Shown one piece after another: positions 61,649 through 64,000 of a DNA stretch of 64,000 nt. Each line of letters starts with the position of its first letter. Within the stretch, counting starts at the first letter, position 1. Both the position numbers and the translations under genes were made by a program. The stretch is from Sedimentisphaerales bacterium (GTDB lineage: Bacteria; Planctomycetota; Phycisphaerae; Sedimentisphaerales; SM23-30): the NCBI GenBank assembly GCA_963666285.1, contig OY762711.1; one strand, 5' to 3'. The notes under the pieces are model-generated. The model had not been told where the DNA came from, did no database searches, and saw only the letters and a list, made by a program, of their open reading frames with translations.

Positions 61649-63202
61649 TCAAAATCCATAATTTGAATGCCTAAATTCTACCTGAGTCTGTCCCATTTGT
61701 ATCCGGTCACCTACCTGCAGCATAACCGGCTGACTGGCCAGGTTTCCGTTTATCAGCGTACCATTTCTGCTGCAATTATGCAGGAAATAATGTCCATCCT
61801 GATACAGTATATTAGCATGGACCCTGGAAGCTCCTACATCCTGTTCAGGTAGTTTAAGATCAACATTTTCTCCACGGCCGCAAGTAATACTATAATCATA
61901 CAGAAATAGTTTTGTATCTACTGCATTGCCTGAAATAACCTGAAGCATGGCATTGGCCTGATCCACAGGTACATCAGAAACGAAAGAATACATCATATCA
62001 AAATCGCGAGGAAGTGCCTGCTGCCTGCCATTGAAAACGCCAACAAGGAAGAAAATCAAACCCAAAACGCCGCAAATAGCACCAAAAGCAGTAAAAAACA
62101 TATTAAACACACATCCGGCACCACCAATAACCAAACCTAAAATAAGCAGTACAATTCCAACGATAATAAAGCCTTTACCGGAAGAACCTGCTCCCTGCAA
62201 GCCGAAATCAGCACCCGGATACAAAAAGCTATCATCATATCCAAAATTGGCCATATTCGACTCGCCGGCCAATACAGCACCAGCCATATCCAAAGCTTCA
62301 CTGGGCTTGACCTGTTCAATAGGTTTGAGTTCTATAACTTCCTGCAAACCAAGCAAACTAACATCAGATATCTGTCGAATGGCTTCAGCAAGCTCAGCAA
62401 CACTGGCATATCGACTGTTAGGACTTTTTGCCAGACATTTCATGACAATAGCGGAGACAGAAGAATCCAGCCCACGGCATTTCTGCTGTATAGGGACAAC
62501 ATCCTGCTTTATTACCGCGGCAAGCACTGCCATCGGATTTTCACCGGAAAAAGGAGGAACACCAGAGAGACATTCATACATTACAGCACCAAGGCTATAG
62601 ATATCTGAACGCTGATCAATCTGATTCACATAAGTATGATTCATACGTTCCGGAGCCATATATTCCGGCCGACCGAGGATTAACTTACCTGTCATGTTGC
62701 TACGTTCACTAGGGGCGGCAATGCCAAAATCAGCGAGTTTGACTTGCGAAACTATACCCTGATTCATACCGACAAAGATATTATTGGGCTTAATATCACG
62801 ATGAGCCCTTATCCTTGCAGCTTCATAGGCATACTGCAGGGCAACACAAGTATGAAATATTATTTTAGAAACATTGTCCCAGCTAACAGGGTACTGCCGG
62901 CAATATTTCTTTTCCTCTAAAATATCATCCAAAGTCGGATAATTAATCCATTCCATCATCATATATGATCTGCTCGGATCAGATCCAACCTGGCCATCCA
63001 TAGTATATACAATTGCAGGATGTCGACCGATAGCCATGCCTATACGCAATTCTCTATCAAAACGAGATAAAGAACATTCGGGGCGCGGAATTTTTACAGC
63101 CACTGTTCCATATTCGGCAACATTGCCTTTATAAACAGAAGCCATACCTCCACCCTGCATGTATTCAAGGTCACCAAGTTTTTCCAGCCCAGGGAGAATC
63201 AT
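61649..63202 (-). CDS. Ser/Thr kinase with 2 TM segments and a C-terminal FHA domain
   Basis: GGGMASVY, HRDIKPNN, DFG, YMAPE; FHA CGR...SRVHA...SRNGTLING. Confidence 0.92.
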   Translation of the reverse strand: MILPGLEKLGDLEYMQGGGMASVYKGNVAEYGTVAVKIPRPECSLSRFDRELRIGMAIGRHPAIVYTMDGQVGSDPSRSYMMMEWINYPTLDDILEEKKYCRQYPVSWDNVSKIIFHTCVALQYAYEAARIRAHRDIKPNNIFVGMNQGIVSQVKLADFGIAAPSERSNMTGKLILGRPEYMAPERMNHTYVNQIDQRSDIYSLGAVMYECLSGVPPFSGENPMAVLAAVIKQDVVPIQQKCRGLDSSVSAIVMKCLAKSPNSRYASVAELAEAIRQISDVSLLGLQEVIELKPIEQVKPSEALDMAGAVLAGESNMANFGYDDSFLYPGADFGLQGAGSSGKGFIIVGIVLLILGLVIGGAGCVFNMFFTAFGAICGVLGLIFFLVGVFNGRQQALPRDFDMMYSFVSDVPVDQANAMLQVISGNAVDTKLFLYDYSITCGRGENVDLKLPEQDVGASRVHANILYQDGHYFLHNCSRNGTLINGNLASQPVMLQVGDRIQMGQTQVEFRHSNYGF

Positions 63203-63206
63203 AATA

Positions 63207-64000
63207 TTATCTTATGCCGTACCCTTCAGTTTGAGCAGTATCATTCATACCGGGATCTACCTCAGGGAGATTTTGTCCTGATACAGATGCCGATTTTCTT
63301 CCACGGAGCTGAATTCCGGCAATAAGTAATCCAGCAATAATAATCAAGGCTAAAAATGCCGGGACACTAATAGACAAAATTCTTTCCCAGAAAGATTTTG
63401 CAGTGAATATAGCAGTCTGGAAACTGGTGCTAACTTGAGTTTCACCTATTTCAGGCTCATTGATAACTATAGCGAAATTATGTGTCAGGCCGTCACCCGG
63501 ACACAAATCGGCAGGAACGGTAACTACCAGTCCCAGATGCGGGGCTGTCAATGTTTCAAACTGAGGCCTGTAGTCGGTTTTATTATAATCAGGCTGCCAT
63601 ATCGCACCGCCGGTATTGCTACTGATCAGATCAGCATGAGATTCGTTATAGTTTTTACCTTCGGGAGTGAAGATGATCACCTTGATATTTTTTTCAATGG
63701 CCTTGTTCTTGACAGCTTCAAATGTAACACTGCTGGCATCATCCTCAAGAGTACTGAAAACAATCAATACTTTTCTCTGGACCAGTTTCTGGTCGTCGGT
63801 AATATCAGGATAACTGTCAATTAAAGAATTCATGGCATCGTATATTCTGACAGAAGTAATATCATTTAACGACATCACATCTTTGCGGCAGGTCTTGACA
63901 CCACTATCGATATCATTTTTTACCTGCTGGACATCATCACCAACAGTGCGCCAGTTCACAAATGGAGTAGGACTGCTTTCATAGTTGGCTGATGACAGAT
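63207..64000 (-). CDS. vWA-like membrane-anchored protein (starts beyond the right edge)
   Basis: Frame is open to the window end; RIYDAM...RKVLIVFS...IKVIIF...TGG vWA-like pattern; C-terminal TM. Confidence 0.6.
   Translation of the reverse strand, partial: LSSANYESSPTPFVNWRTVGDDVQQVKNDIDSGVKTCRKDVMSLNDITSVRIYDAMNSLIDSYPDITDDQKLVQRKVLIVFSTLEDDASSVTFEAVKNKAIEKNIKVIIFTPEGKNYNESHADLISSNTGGAIWQPDYNKTDYRPQFETLTAPHLGLVVTVPADLCPGDGLTHNFAIVINEPEIGETQVSTSFQTAIFTAKSFWERILSISVPAFLALIIIAGLLIAGIQLRGRKSASVSGQNLPEVDPGMNDTAQTEGYGIR

Overview
AT-rich accessory region, probably from a Planctomycetota (Phycisphaerae-like) bacterium. That is inferred from a DUF1559 pilin-like gene, a PEP-CTERM gene and 'DFAxxxxNWL' dockerin-like tails. 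Left to right: (1) 1-9.9 kb, a minus-strand heme/iron-acquisition operon (dtxR, an unannotated hemP/hmuP, a terminator-like leader, two related Met-bearing surface proteins, a DUF1559 pilin-like gene, chaN, hmuT/U/V-like genes and a cobN/hmuS-like gene). (2) Three to four degenerate tRNA-3'-end att-like junctions (about 9.95, 10.2, 31.9 and 44.6 kb) that divide the window into tandem islands, with no integrase in view. (3) Island 1: a proteasome-beta-like Ntn-hydrolase gene with a small coupled ORF, a GC-rich tandem esterase, a yehQ/L/M/P-type MoxR-vWA cluster, and an NrtR-regulated NAD+/ADP-ribose cluster (pncB, nadE, nrtR, pncA, two ADP-ribosylglycohydrolases, a short major-vault-protein-like gene, a NUDIX hydrolase, kptA). 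(4) Island 2: an RND efflux operon whose first gene is interrupted after its 4th nucleotide by a 719-nt ORF-less group II intron. The intron pairs with the host RBS and start codon and carries a replacement RBS and ATG in domain VI. A secreted ARH and pilT follow. (5) A coaD-coaE fusion, an HD hydrolase, a broken Rhs toxin with a duplicated immunity-like pair, and a REP-rich spacer. (6) 51.8-64 kb, a vWA / Ser-Thr kinase / FHA / beta-barrel / lipase-vWA / PilZ-cNMP envelope signalling cluster. The best candidates for new biology are the start-codon-targeting intron, the vault-like gene in an ADP-ribose operon, and the Hmu-like operon with apparently novel hemophores. All family calls come from reading motifs by eye; no searches were run.
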